From Balanoglossus misakiensis (taxonomy: Eukaryota; Animalia; Hemichordata): a stretch of DNA of 64,000 bases. Made by a program: the position numbers and the translations under genes. Below are positions 18,166 to 34,966 of this stretch, one piece after another. Location: positions 11,158,286 to 11,222,285 of the forward strand of contig CM082581.2 of NCBI GenBank assembly GCA_040954595.2, read 5' to 3'. How positions within the stretch are numbered: position 1 is the stretch's first letter; every line of letters begins with the position of its first letter. The notes beneath the pieces were generated by a model that searched no databases, was not told the DNA's origin, and saw nothing but the letters and a program-made list of their open reading frames with translations.

Positions 18166-21100
18166 AGTATGCTTCAAACATTTTAGGATTCAACTGATCA
18201 AGTCACCGCCAGAGGCACAGTTGAACTTGTAGCACTCAACCAATCACATAAGACAATACCACAGAAATCTATCAACTAGATGTGATTGATCAATCTATTT
18301 CCATGCCAACAAATAACCACAAAGGCAGCAAAGTTCAACGAGAGCAAATTGGGCAGGGAAGTGATTTACAGCCAACATTCATGGCATTCATAGTTAACAG
18401 TAACTCAAGGCAACACCATTCATAATAATTTCTCACACTGGATGACTGTCTTTCAGTTTCAGCCCTTCGGTATTCCACATTGCTCTATTCAACTTCTCTC
18501 CTTACACATTCATCCTAAACTGCTGTTGATTCAAGCAATTCAAAACATACAATTATCCTGCCAAACAATAGTACTACATTTCTAAAACAGGCCACAGATC
18601 ACAATGTGTTTTGCTTGTAACAAAGCACTTTGCCACACTCACATTTCCCATTGTAGTCTACAATTTCACTACAGACTTAAATTTTAATGTCTGTAAAATC
18701 TGCTATCATACATACTTGTATTTACTGCATATTATCTTCATGTACATGTATACATGTATTGTTCCACATTGGGTTTACACTTTGTATCTTAAGCAGTATG
18801 AATGAATTCAATGTGCTTACAACTCCACACATCCCACATACAATTTTGGAATTAAAGTAAAGATATGAGCTCCACTGTTGTTGAGCCTTGGAGCATGTGG
18901 TTGATATCACCTTCTGCTACTCACAATACAATCTACTCAGTGAACCCAGAGAAGAAAAGGCTTTGTCTTCAATGTGAATGGTGGGAACAAATCAAGGCAT
19001 AAACAGCCAAAACTGAATTGAGCAAAGTGACTTGGACTGTATTCTCTGAGTGATATATTAGTAGGAAAGCAGATCCAAATGAAATTCAGTTGTATAACCA
19101 TAAATTCTGCTTTACATGCTGGAAATGTTAATAACATTGTTCAGACTGTGAAACATAAGGAATCTCACTTGTATCTCCAGACACAATCATGAGCAAAGTT
19201 GAAGACATAATCAGTCAAGATGACTTGTTTTCAAAGCTGCTTGGCAGCCCTTGCATATTGGGCATCGAGACAGTACACTCTACATCCCATCCCCCTGATT
19301 AAACACTTCCAAAATGTGTGTTTCACTCGAGAGTTTTGCTCGCTTATGCATTGGGAGAACATTCTATCTATCTGTCATGCCGATCACGCCATGGACACGT
19401 TGTCCTGCATGTACCTGCTTGAAACTGCAGTACAATTGAATACACCTTTCAAGCATTGTTCTACACTTCAAGTCTATCACAAATGTAACGTAACCGATTC
19501 ATCAAGTCTGTTTTGCAATCCACTTAACAGACATACTGTAACTTACAGGCTAGGTTATGGATCCTTGAGATGCCATATCAATTTTGATGTATCCACCAGG
19601 AAAAGCTAATATCACTTGCATGACGTAAACAGTCTACTTCCAATATTTCCTTTACTTCGAGTCATTATTTGATCGTATTGAACTAGCCTTGAAATTAAAA
19701 TCAAATTCTCACAATGACACAACTACGAGGTCGGATTAACAACCTCTAAGGAATTCAAGGCTGTAAAGTCACAAGATTCTGGCCAATTATAATTTCGGAA
19801 AAATGTTGCAATTTTACGCAACCAGATTCATCGTCTAGAAAACCAACCATTACATGTATATATATTCAATGATATCTCTGTAATCTGCCAAGACACATAG
19901 AAATGATATTCGAGCATTATAATCTAATTTGAACCACAACTCTTCAAATGATATGGAATCACACAAATCATCTTTTACTCTATCGTCAATTTGAAATTCA
20001 GATTTCCATATGCTTCAGAGCTGGTTTAGGTTTCAATGGAAGTAAGCCTCATTTACGAATTAAACTGACACTGAGTTTGTTCTGTAATCTTATTCCATCA
20101 AAAGGATAAACAGATTTTAAGCTAGTATTACACAGTCAACAAAACTGTATCTCTTGAAGGACAGTGCCTTCTACAACAAAATTACAAGGACATTCACTAA
20201 GTTAACAAATACACTGATACTAAGAGGCTGAGAGGGAACAAATGTTGAAAAAAATCTGCAGTGATTTTAAAATATCAATTGCAAATGGATATGGTGAATT
20301 CAGTTCAATTTTATACATAAATGGTTTTGGTGGGTGTTTTTTTTCTACATACCATGCTAGTAACAGTATAATGAAAAGACATGATGTACACCATAATTTG
20401 CATTAGAGGTTGGGTAATGTAAATGAAAGGATGAAACTCACCAAGTGTGGCAGTCACAAAGAGGTTAAAGCAATTAGTATATCCCTGGGGATAATAACCT
20501 ATTCAGCAGCTAGCACACAACATCACACACAAACCAAGAGAGGTACACACAGCATGGTCAATGCTGAAAACAGACACATGAAAAAGGGGGGGGGGGGGTT
20601 GTACCACAGTGTAGCTGCAATGCCCTTGAAATGTTCACTGTTCACATGTGCACATTTACAGTTACACCACATTTCATTCACGTCTAAAATTTCACACAGA
20701 ATAACAAAAGAGGGGCCACTGTTTCTGTTTTCCAGTTTCTAGAGGAGGAATTTTCAAGAAAGGAGGGGTTTTTAAGAGTCATATTTCAAGGTAGTGAAGA
20801 CAAAGGTAGACTGTCCTTGTAAATTGTTTTCTTGTATTCTTTTTAAAAATACACATCTGCCTACATGTTATGCACCCCCTCTCCCTCCCTCCCTCCCCCT
20901 GGGCCATATGTAGGTCTACATGGCATAGAGGTATATGCCTACAGTACATTCACATAGATATCTTTCAAATTGACCATGCATGTCTCACAAAACCCACTGA
21001 AGGTCATCACAATATCTCTGTCTCTGTATCCATTTGTCTCAGTAACAGCCCCCCCCCCCCCCCATTCAACAGAAGCCAGAAGATCCTGACCAAAGCATTA

Positions 21101-22041
21101 TCTGTACAGTTGTCCATATGACATATTTATAATAGATTTCCATTCCTTAATGAATTGTGGGTGCATTGGTAAAATTTGGCAATATTTGGCTGCCAAACAC
21201 TGCTTTTAGTGAAAGTTTAGAAAAAAAGTGGAAACTTCGTCGAACACATACTGCAAAAAGGATAATGGTTCCATATTTCTTTTAAAATGTGCTACATTGT
21301 AATTGAGTGTAACCAAAATTGATACATTGTATCTTCCAAATATAATAAGTGCAATGTCTGTTTCTTACTAGATTGAATTACACAAGTCAGATAACAGATT
21401 TCTCTACATCCCCTGAAACTAGAAAGCAAGTAACTCGCGAGTTTTTACGCCCACGTCTTGTTTCCCTACGTGCACACAGCTTGAAAGTTATGGATTTGAA
21501 ATAAAAGATTTGGTTAAACCTTGAGTCGCACGTCTTAACACTTCAAGGTGATATGATTGTGACTTTTCGGTCTTTTTACAGCTACAGACAGACATGAATA
21601 CCCCCTCCAACAAATTACCTTCTCAACCCTCCTTCGTCTGATCCTGCCAACTTCTTAAACATTACAGACTTCACCCAATGACAAATACTTCACAATCAAA
21701 CTCACAGATGTCGCCAATCTTTTCGTGTTTTTCTGTCTTACGATAAACTGGTTATACTATCTTAACAAATTTTCTTAATATGTTCGTCTTAAACATGAGT
21801 GGACAATCCTACAAACCTGTCTGACTTAACGTCAAATTCGGGTGAATTCACTAGCAGTCATTTAGAACTCATAAAAAACTACAATGGAATTTGTCAACCA
21901 TCAAATACCCCACTCCACATGAAAAGCTTCGGTGTACAGAAAATAGAGACACCCTTATTTTCGACGAGCTCTTTCCTCACCTAGACGCGCAAAGGATGCT
22001 ACGAAAATACAAAGGCACTTGCTACTTATACAGTTCCTTAC

Positions 22042-22150
22042 CTTGGAGTTACTTGTGAGTCGAAACTCTGCCAGAAATCCGAAATATTCCGGTATTTTCC
22101 ACGAGTGAAGGGACGCTCACCACATTGAATTAAAGAGAGAAGTACTCTAG
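22042..22150 (-). other. Candidate non-coding first exon of PCGF3 (proximal)
   Basis: Strong minus-strand donor AAG|GTAAGG at 22041, near the CpG-poor to CpG-rich transition. The PCGF3 ATG directly follows an acceptor, so a 5' non-coding exon must exist. Upper boundary approximate. Confidence 0.5.
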
Positions 22151-23542
22151 TGTCTGTGTGTCGTGTCAGGCAGCCGGCGTTAAGTCTGTCAATCATCCTC
22201 CATCCTGGGCGGGGCACTCTTAACTGTTCCGCCTATTTTACGCACAATCTTGCGAACACCATGGTTTTAAATGCAGAATTCCCTACAATACAACTGCAAT
22301 TTGGTCATAGAATCCTGGAAAACCGAACAACAAATTAAAATAGCTTTCCATCTCTGAACAATAAGGAAAAGCTTTGCAGGATTTGAGATGAAATTCGTTT
22401 GAAATTCTGTTCATATGAGAAGCCCTAGTCTACGTACTAGAACACATCATGATATCACGTACGCTATGTTCGTTTCAAGATGTACATTTCGCGTCGCGGA
22501 CAAAACACATTAAGTGTTTAAAATGTAACAAATTCAGGGACTGGGACGTATACTAACAATTAAATGGCCTACTGTTTAAAAAAAAACGCAAAGCGCAGCG
22601 TGTCGATTAAAGCAACGTTGCCTTTTGTGTACGGCTCATTGATGGGCCAGCTTTACGTTAATGGAGCACACGCGCTCTATTCCATTGGGCAAACAATGTC
22701 AATAACAGGCCTAGTGACTTTATGTCTCTCGCCTGTTTCTAGCATTTCGGTATTTGAAAACGCAACGTTACTGAACCCCATAGTCGTTTGGGAGTGTTCA
22801 CAGTCACGAAGCTGGCCGAAACACAATCAATGCCGCTATCTTTGTGACACTTTGTTCTGTGATTATTTGGCGTGAGTAAACAAAACACATCGACGTTTTG
22901 TTCTTTTTCGACACGAATTGATCGCAGACGCTTGTGTCACCGACATACTTTCGTGGAGCTGAGTTGCTCTACAACTTACAAGCAAAATTAGATCTGCCGT
23001 AAACCAAGCAGACAATATCATTATCTCGTAAGATCTTGACTTTTTAAAAGTCCATACTCTGCTGCAAGGAATACATGGCCGAAACCATGCCCTGTTATTT
23101 GAGGTTTCCCGTGACATACACACACGAGACACACGTATTCTGTACACCAACCCACGTTTAATGACACAAAATGCGAAATACTGTGAACGATACAACGATA
23201 CGGTTCTGAATAACGAAAAGAAACTACATGTCGAATAAATTCGGAGAAATTATAACAGTGATAAACGTGTTCAATATACACCAAGTATCCAGTAAATTCA
23301 AGTCACTAACAAAAACGTACACAAAAATTATCTAGAAATGCAAACGATCGGAAGCTAAATGATACAGAATTACTAGTAAATACTCATTTCAATGCATTCG
23401 GAAATGGAAAACAAAATACGGCGACCATATTTCCTCCAGGAAAAGTGCTAAGTCACCATCCAGTTGTCATATAAAAAGGCGATCAAATGTTGAACCTCTG
23501 CAGGTTAAAGTAAATTCATATTTAACCGGAAAAAAAACTTAC

Positions 23543-23690
23543 CTCGGATTGTGACGTTTTCAGGAGAAGATGGTTACTGCACACGTTCAAGCACTTCTTA
23601 TTTCTGAAACCATGGCAAATAGTTGGACCGTGCGGAGAGAAACAAACTGACGGCACACACAGTAGTGGTCAGTGAAAACCAAAAGAAAAA
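23543..23690 (-). other. Candidate alternative non-coding first exon of PCGF3 (distal)
   Basis: Minus-strand donor GAG|GTAAGT at 23542 in a CpG-rich, promoter-like context. Upper boundary approximate. Confidence 0.4.
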
Positions 23691-23888
23691 CTGGCCACTT
23701 GAAGCAAGCAAATTTGCGTATTAGCCAACATCCGGGCACTTGCAGTACACCTGTTTCTTAAAACAGCCAATTAGCAGAGCTTATAGATTATACTTAGACA
23801 AGTCTAATAAGCACAAAGCTGGTAGTCTTTTGTCTCGACGGAAACGCCCATCCCATAGTCAGACATCAGTCCTTTCACGCAGTTCAGA

Positions 23889-24065
23889 CACGTGCAGTGT
23901 GCGCACTTCAGGGGCCTGGACTATTACCCCTCCCCTCTCCACGTGCGACACGTGTCAGAAACGATACCCTGTCAATCATGATCACGACCTCATGCAAGTC
24001 GTCTCCAAATTAGAAATATGCAAGAAAAATCGGGACAAGTGGTATTTTTTGAAATGTTCACGTGA
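23889..24065. promoter_or_regulatory. Cluster of four CACGTG E-boxes between the PCGF6 3' end and the PCGF3 5' end
   Basis: CACGTG at 23889, 23940, 23949 and 24059 (the last as TCACGTGA). Confidence 0.5.
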
Positions 24066-24582
24066 TTCCAAATTAGTCATGATGACAGACGCAACATGTC
24101 TCCCTATATTTATGAATTTTGCAATATACTAGTATAACAAAGCATACTTGTGTGAGTTAAGGATTTTATTTTATTACAAAAGTTGTAATTCAATGAACAA
24201 TTTCTGAATGTAAGTAAACGTAATCAGGAGGTTGCAACAGGCACCTCAACAATATCAACAACAACAACAACAACAACGAACTCACAATAAACAAAAACGC
24301 AACAGTGGATAATCTCCACATCAAATAAGACGTTTCTGTAGAAGTCGAGCTCAAAGAAAAGATTTTGTAAGCCAGTGGCCGCAACACCAACACAAATCCG
24401 TGCTCATAGAAAGGAAACTCAAATTCGGAAAGGTGGCAGTGAGATGGAGGTTCTCTAAAGAAGTCAAATGCGTAGGCAGTGGATATTGGGGTTTCAGTTA
24501 CACTGGGTCTCAAGTTCATGGTCAGCTAGTCAGTTTTTATCAAACAATGTAAATGTTCAAGTGAAACGGCAAACGGGTTACG

Positions 24583-27900
<3,318 letters not shown>

Positions 27901-28171
27901 GTTCTACTTCCGCTACATACATACCCATAATTCCTTGCTACATTGCGCATTATACATACAGGCCATTAGAGCTTACAATGCGGCATCCAATTGATCGAAC
28001 ATCGATTATTTTTTAACTCTCAAACTCTTTTAGACTCAATTGCTTTGTGTAATCGACATAGCAACAATGGAAGAAGCCCTCCCCCTTTCGTTTGAAATAA
28101 TCCGTTGTTATATTTAGAAGCTGAGGCAAAAGTTTTACATTTCTAGTCGGGTGTCGTTAAAAGCACCAAAT
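27901..28171. promoter_or_regulatory. Probable bidirectional promoter shared by PCGF6-like (-) and sulfotransferase A (+)
   Basis: Only 271 bp separate the divergent ATGs at 27900 and 28172. Confidence 0.55.
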
Positions 28172-29713
28172 ATGCACAGAAGACGAATGCTTTTAGTCGC
28201 TTTTTGTATTTGGACAATCATTACTGTCGTTGTGGTGCATTATTTCGGTAAGTTGAACAGGTTGGTCGTTCCTCAGCCATTAAATATTTACACCCATCGA
28301 CTTGTGTATTTTGGCAACACTACTTTAATATGTCCAAAAGGCCTACACCAGAAGTAACTTGTTGAAAGAACTCACACAAGACAGAAAACTTTGATTGGCT
28401 GAAAGCTTGCGCATCTCGAACTCCATGCAAACTGATTAAGATTTTGTGGTTGAGGCCTAAGCCTTAGAAGGAATGTCGGGATACATTTGATTGGGTTTTC
28501 GAACGCTCGGAGACATTCCTACGTGTCATTAGTCAGTTCAAATGGACATGGTCCACAACTGATGTGGCATAGATATTTGAATGCACAATGCGTTTTCTTG
28601 CAGATGTAATGATATTGACGAATCCAGGCCCATTTTGTAAATTCAAGATCCCTCCGCGGAGAAAGGGCAATGCTATTGGAAATAATCACCTTGATAAAGT
28701 GGCGAAGACAATTCCAAACCTTGCTGATATGGTATGTATGCGCGTGTGTATGTGTGTGTATGGACGCATGTGTGGGTGGATGAGATTTTGCATGGTTTGG
28801 TGGATGGATTTGCGTTTTGTATCTGTTAAAATGGTACTTTTGCATTGTTTTTACTTTCTTCCATTTGCAGGAAGCAATATCCGAAATCCAAAGAAAGCGA
28901 AAGCAAAAGGTGTATGATGTATGTGAAAACATGAAGAAAGACGAAACCAGTTCTTTTTACCACCAGTCGACAATTGTGGATAGTAATAGGATAATGTGCG
29001 ATGACGATTTGAAGATATTACACTGTCCGGTGTCGAGAAGTGGTGCGGCCTTTTTTAAGAGCGCTGTCCTGGCTTCTCAAGTCCAAGGTGACCCTGAGCA
29101 AAATAAAGACAAGAAGCTGATACACAAGTCGGGATTGACCACTTTGGGCAAACTCAGCTTAGACCAGAAAAAGAAACGTTGGCTGAGTTATACCAAGGTC
29201 TTGTTCGTGAGACACCCATTTCAGCGCATTTTATCGGCTTACCTGGACAAGTTCGATTACCCAGGCTCCAAAGCCTACACGAAGAATTATGGACGGAAAA
29301 TCATTTCCAGATATCGACCAAACGCTGCATTTGACAGTATCAGAAGTGGACGAACGCCTTCATTTCACGAATTTATCAGATATATACTGGACCCATACAA
29401 CCACAACGATTTTGATGGTGAATGGGATTTTATGCATAAATTATGTGGTGTCTGCGAACACACCTACGATTTTATCGGAACTTTTGAAAACTCACAAGAG
29501 ATAAATTATATCTTATCCTCGTTGACCGGCAACGGATCTTCTTACCAGTCACATGACAGTCATATGCCTAATAGTTCAGAAACGGAAATTTATCTGAAAT
29601 ACTTCTCACAAATTCCCGATGAGGATATTATACAATTGTACAAGCTCTACAAAATGGATTTTCAGTTATTCGGATATTCCCTTCCAATTGAACTACTTAG
29701 AATTCACACGTAA
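28172..29713 (+). CDS. Carbohydrate sulfotransferase A, HNK-1ST/CHST8-14 (Sulfotransfer_2) family, type II Golgi membrane protein, 348 aa, degenerate motifs
   Basis: Exons 28172-28247 (basic residues plus TM anchor), 28604-28731, 28871-29713, phase-consistent. 3'-PB motif FVRHPFQRILSAY, LCGVC and YKMDFQLFGY present; 5'-PSB region reads HCPVSRSGAAFFK. Confidence 0.9.
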
Positions 29714-30242
29714 AATATATGCATTGAAACAATCAGAGAATACCACAATTTCATCCACTAATACATTGTAATTAATATTCTGATATCTTGATGTACAAAA
29801 TCCTGAATGATTTTCCTCGTCAATCACACCCTAGTAAAAAAACTGTCCCAAGTCTGTGTAGGTGTAAAATAGGGACTCAATAAAATAATTATTAAATAAA
29901 TGTGGTTGTTCTTGCCAGCGAAGATCTCGTTGTTTTATTAGTACATGTACAATTACTGTATTGATCGGGGTGACTTCCGCGCTGTGTATTCGTACCCATC
30001 ATGCAGAACGCGAAGTTAAACCTAGTCGGTCCAACCACATGTAATATTTTTAAACAACAGTGCTCGTTCTTGCCAAAGTTAACCAAATACGGCGCATAAT
30101 TGTCATCGCAGGGGTATCTGTGAGAGAGTATTGACTTTTTCGTGTCTACTATCTAATTTTGAAATCCCAAACTGAACATGTTACTTCGGCTTTATTAGCG
30201 TACTCGAAGTCGGAAAATCTAAACGCACATTTGCACATAGAA

Positions 30243-31928
30243 ATGGGGTCAGACATCGACACAAAGCCATCGGCAAAGAAACGCTACTTGTGTTTGCTGA
30301 TACTCTGTGGCGCAGCCTTGATTTTCAGCTTCTTACACTATGATGTAGGTAAGTCATTAAACTTGGTATGAAAACTCCGTCGGGTAGAATGCCCTTGTAG
30401 AACCTGCATTTCTATTGCCTGTGTGTCGCGATGAGGTACAGGGCAAAAACAAAAGAGATAAAGTTTCTTTTCTTGTGGCACTACACAACTACAACGGGTG
30501 ACTTTCGGCCATATTGATCGGGAATCGACGAAGAAAAGAAAAGACGAATGAATGAGGCCCAGTCAATACATCGTTACGCAATCGACTTCACAACCTTAAA
30601 AAAGGAGGTACATGTACATATAAAACAGCATTGTCTTAAACTTGGACCAGTGGACTCCTATATTACCAATTTCATTTTTAGTTCTATAATCAACTCACTA
30701 AAATAGATTTAAATTGTGGAATACTGTTATTTTGTTATCTTCTCAATAGACATATTTCCAGTGCGCTCTCTTGGATCTGGATGGAGTCACGTGGATATGA
30801 CGTTACCAAGTACAGACCCTGTGTCCAAGGTAAATTTCGTCAGCATTTTGAATATTAAAGTGGGACGTCATCTCGACAAAATAAACGATAAATATATGTT
30901 ATAATTGGGGAGAATGTTGACGGAAATTGTCGCACTCTAATCATTCTGTAAGTTGGCCATGGTCAGGAGGAAATAGACTCCTTGCTCCACAAAATAACTT
31001 GTAGTCGATCTAAATGTTACCTTTTATTCAAAATCCACAGGTGGCAGAGCCTTTCAAGGAGTCCAACACAATCAGAAACATGTCTAGAATTCAAAGACAG
31101 CGAAAACAAATTATCCAGAAGGCATGCAAGGAGTTGAGGAATACAGAATTTTTCCACCAACCAAAGGTTCAAAACAAATACAGACTTCTTTATGACAGCA
31201 AGTACGAATTATTATATTGTCCAGTGCCAAAAACTGGCGCAACAAGTTGGAAAAGAGTACTTCTGGTGTTGAGGGGTGTTTATAACACTACCAAGGGATT
31301 ACATCACACGGTTGTACAGCATTATCACCATTATCCAACATTAAAGGGATTAAGTCTCCCGCAGAGGAACAAAATGTTGAAATCGTTCACCAAATTCATC
31401 TTCGTCCGACAACCTTTGCAACGCATCTTGTCAGCTTACAAGAACAAACTGGAGAAACCAGACCCTTTGTTCAAAAACTATGCTTCCCGCATCGTAGCTC
31501 GATATCAACCGAACGTCAGTGAACATTTGTTAGGAAGAAGGAATACTGCGCCAACCTTTCAGGAATTCGTGAAGTACCTGTTAGACCCTGTGAACCAACA
31601 GACATTTAATCCACATTGGGGATTTGCGCACAAAATGTGCAGTGTCTGCGAAATATCCTACGATTTCATCGGTCACTTTGAAAATTTACAGGAAGAGGCG
31701 AACTACCTTTTGCACAGCATTGTGGGAAATAAATTCTCCTACCCAACTTACAGTACTCACATCACTAACAGCTCACACAATGACACATATTTGAAATATT
31801 ACTCTCAAATATCTGACGACGATATCATCCGTCTTTACCATCTTTATAAAATGGATTTTAAGTTATTTGGTTATCCATTTCCCCATGAACTAATGAAAAC
31901 AAACATTTCTACCCAAACGAACACATAG
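30243..31928 (+). CDS. Carbohydrate sulfotransferase B, CHST11-like (HNK-1ST family), 357 aa
   Basis: Exons 30243-30348 (TM anchor), 30750-30829, 31041-31928; same intron phases as gene A. Motifs YCPVPKTGATSWKR, FVRQPLQRILSAY, FNPHW, YDFIGHFE, YKMDFKLFGY. AATAAA at about 31937. Confidence 0.93.
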
Positions 31929-32745
31929 ATCAACCAATAAAAAGGCACTTTTTAATATATAATTAACTGACAATGCTATTTACAGAACTTTTAAAGAACT
32001 ATAACAGATGTTTAAAACACGAATACAAGTCTTTGTGAATGTTGTAATGTATGTAGTTATCTCTTTATCATCATATCCATTTTGATACATCAGTTGTGCG
32101 AGTTTAATCCTGACATTTATTCTCTTATCAGAATGAGGTTTACTATGCACAGTGAACAGGCAGTGGGATGAGCGATCAAAGTCAAACTTCATGTCTACTT
32201 AATTTTACAAAAATCTTTACAGCAGATATTTTTTTAAATGTTTGAGAAACGTCACATACTCAGTGCATCTCTAATCTGTTATCTGCTTTCTCTTGATATT
32301 TCTTTATACAATAAATGTTTCCCTTGGAGTACAACATGTGGTACATGGTAAATGTTTCTCATCTTACCACACGTGGCAGTCTGTATACACGTCACTTCTT
32401 TTTTTACAAAACATGAATTTCTTGTACGTAAATAATTTGGTAAGTAAATGCAAGTATTTAAGAGTTGTGAGCTGGTTATTGTCCCCTTCTACAATTGTTG
32501 GAAAAGTTTGGCTTGTACAGCCCTAGACAATGAACATGACTGCAGACTTGAGTTACAAGCAGAATGCACTAAGAAGAGTTGCTAGTCTACAGTGATCAAA
32601 AGATCTTGTTGTTTGATGCATGTTCTTGCCAGGAGACACCAGGCATACCACTCTCTACATATTTCAGGAATGTCCCCAGTCTCAACAAGACCTGGTGAGG
32701 TCAGTGCAGACAGGGGGTGTCCACACATCGGAAGAAAACACAATG

Positions 32746-34966
32746 TCAGTGTAGACGTGGTTTCAGCCGGTAATGCAACACCATTGGAGCAGACTGAGAA
32801 GAAAGAAAAGAAAAAGAAACTGTTCCCATCAATGTGAATATGTAGATTCTGTGACTGTGTCAACAGTTAGGTACCACATACAAACACAGACGGTGCTGTA
32901 TATAATCAAAGCAATTATTTTACTGTAATAAAGTAATTCAAATGTTTGCCAGACATTGTCCCCTTTCAAAAGAATCCTATGATTTTGCTTACCTGACCTC
33001 TCCACTGTGACAACCACACATACTTCATTGTAGCATTTTTCGGTAAAATTATATCATTACACAAAACTTGAACCTGCAAGGGAAAAGCAAGACGATATGA
33101 CACTTAGGAAATTTAGGAAAGATATTACATCCACTGATATAACATAGCCATTGTTCTGACAAAACAAAGCATTTACGGTAGAATTCCACCTGTCTCCGTT
33201 TGAACTCTTACCTCGAGTCTTTTCGGAATGGCAAGTTTCTTCACAAGCAGTTTCTTGATGTGAGAGATGCACGTTCTGACTGAGCAACGTAAATATTTCC
33301 TCTGCAACGGTTTTAAGTAAGCTTTCCCTTCATTGTCGTCCACAATCAGCGAACTGGGTTGAGGGACGAACACAAGGTATTGGTTAAACGGACAATAAAG
33401 AGGTTGGACCTTGTGATGTCTCTGTTTACGTAATTGAGAGAGAGAAGGGGAAGATAGCCAAGGGAGGGAAGGAGTACAAAGATGACTTTCAACAAGTCAG
33501 TATGACCTTACAACTGTATCTGAACGTTTCCAATGAAAGGTTCTTTTCAGTGGTAGTGGACCAAAAGCACACCCACCCAACGTATTAAACACATAGAGCA
33601 CTGCACACGATGCCTGGCATTGTTGATAAACACTGAACTACTTTTCCTACCTATGTCTTTCTAGACACATTGACACTTGTTCATCATTCCTGTAGAAGTG
33701 ACTCTCTGTCGGGTCAAGTTTGCCACGCAGTGAAGTCTGTACTTGGTTTTGAACTTTGTCTAAACCCCTTGATTTGTAGAATTCCCGTTTCCTGTCTTCT
33801 TCGCCTAAGATTGTAAAAAAAAACCAGTAACACTATTTTGTTTTGGTGCAGTTCTCATCGTCTCTAAGAGACGAGTGTTTGATGGAGGAAGCAGTACATC
33901 CAGTGAACTTGAAAGATGAAGAACTTACTTTCATAAAGAGTTGGCACAAGTTTGAAGACAATATCCTGCATGGTCCTGTCTGGTTTTAAATTGATGAGTG
34001 GTTGCGTTTCATGGATTTTGATATTGCACATCGGACAATACTTGGAAGTCTGTAAATACTTCACTATGCAACTCTTGCAGACTGCAATAAAAAATCATTT
34101 AACAGCTATGTCATAAATATGCCAATGACAGAAAAGGTTTTTACACTGAAAGAACATTTATTGGCTGTCAGTCAATGAGTATGACCAGCCCTGTGCGAAA
34201 AAGTTAAATACAGTAAAACTTTAGTCACTAAGACTGACACCCTGCAGAATGACATACAATGCCATCTTGTTCTAGAAATACTACACTGAAATCCTGCATA
34301 TATTTTACACTTACATGTATGGAGACATTCTGTGACCGTTGTTGCATCTATGAAGTATCCCGCACACAAAATACACACAATGTGGGGATTTATGTCCCGG
34401 ATCTTGATTCTCAACACCTGGTAAAAAAATTAAATAGAGATAAATAAACAGGTGTCTTCAGGTCAAAATCACTGTCTCACTGTTTCATAGAAACAGGAAG
34501 TCATCAACGGTATTTCTGAGAATCATCAGTAAATTTCCTTGAAGAATTGAATACATTACTTTGATCGCGTGTACGTGGAAGAAGAAGCACCTTATGTATG
34601 GCAAAAAAGGACTGTTGCTTGCAGTATGATTGATTATTAGGATATGTCTTATAGATGGGATATTCACACGTGATTGTATCACGCGTGCATTTCTAAGGCA
34701 ACGGATCCGCGTTTCATGCAAATTTGTGACACTGCCACAATCGTCGTGCTTTTGGCACACATACGTATCCATACAACTGATTTTAGTTTATACGCATGTT
34801 TACCATAAAACCCAACGAAGAAGTAGGAAAACAGCATTTATCGTGATGTAAATGATTTATTTACCTCTCGTTCTGACTCAGATGTTATCGTAGCGTCTGA
34901 GTCAACACCATCGTCAACATCGCCGCCATGTTGCTGTGCGAAAGAGTTCATGTCTGATTCGTTCAT
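32746..34966 (-). CDS. PCGF1: Polycomb group RING finger protein 1 (260 aa)
   Basis: Exons 34865-34966, 34315-34417, 33929-34081, 33651-33804, 33212-33353, 32993-33073, 32746-32793; all GT-AG, 783 nt. PCGF1-diagnostic peptides HIVCILCAGYFIDATT, IVKYLQTSKYCPMCNIKIHETQPL, EFYKSRGLD, KYLRCSVR, MKYVWLSQW. Confidence 0.95.
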
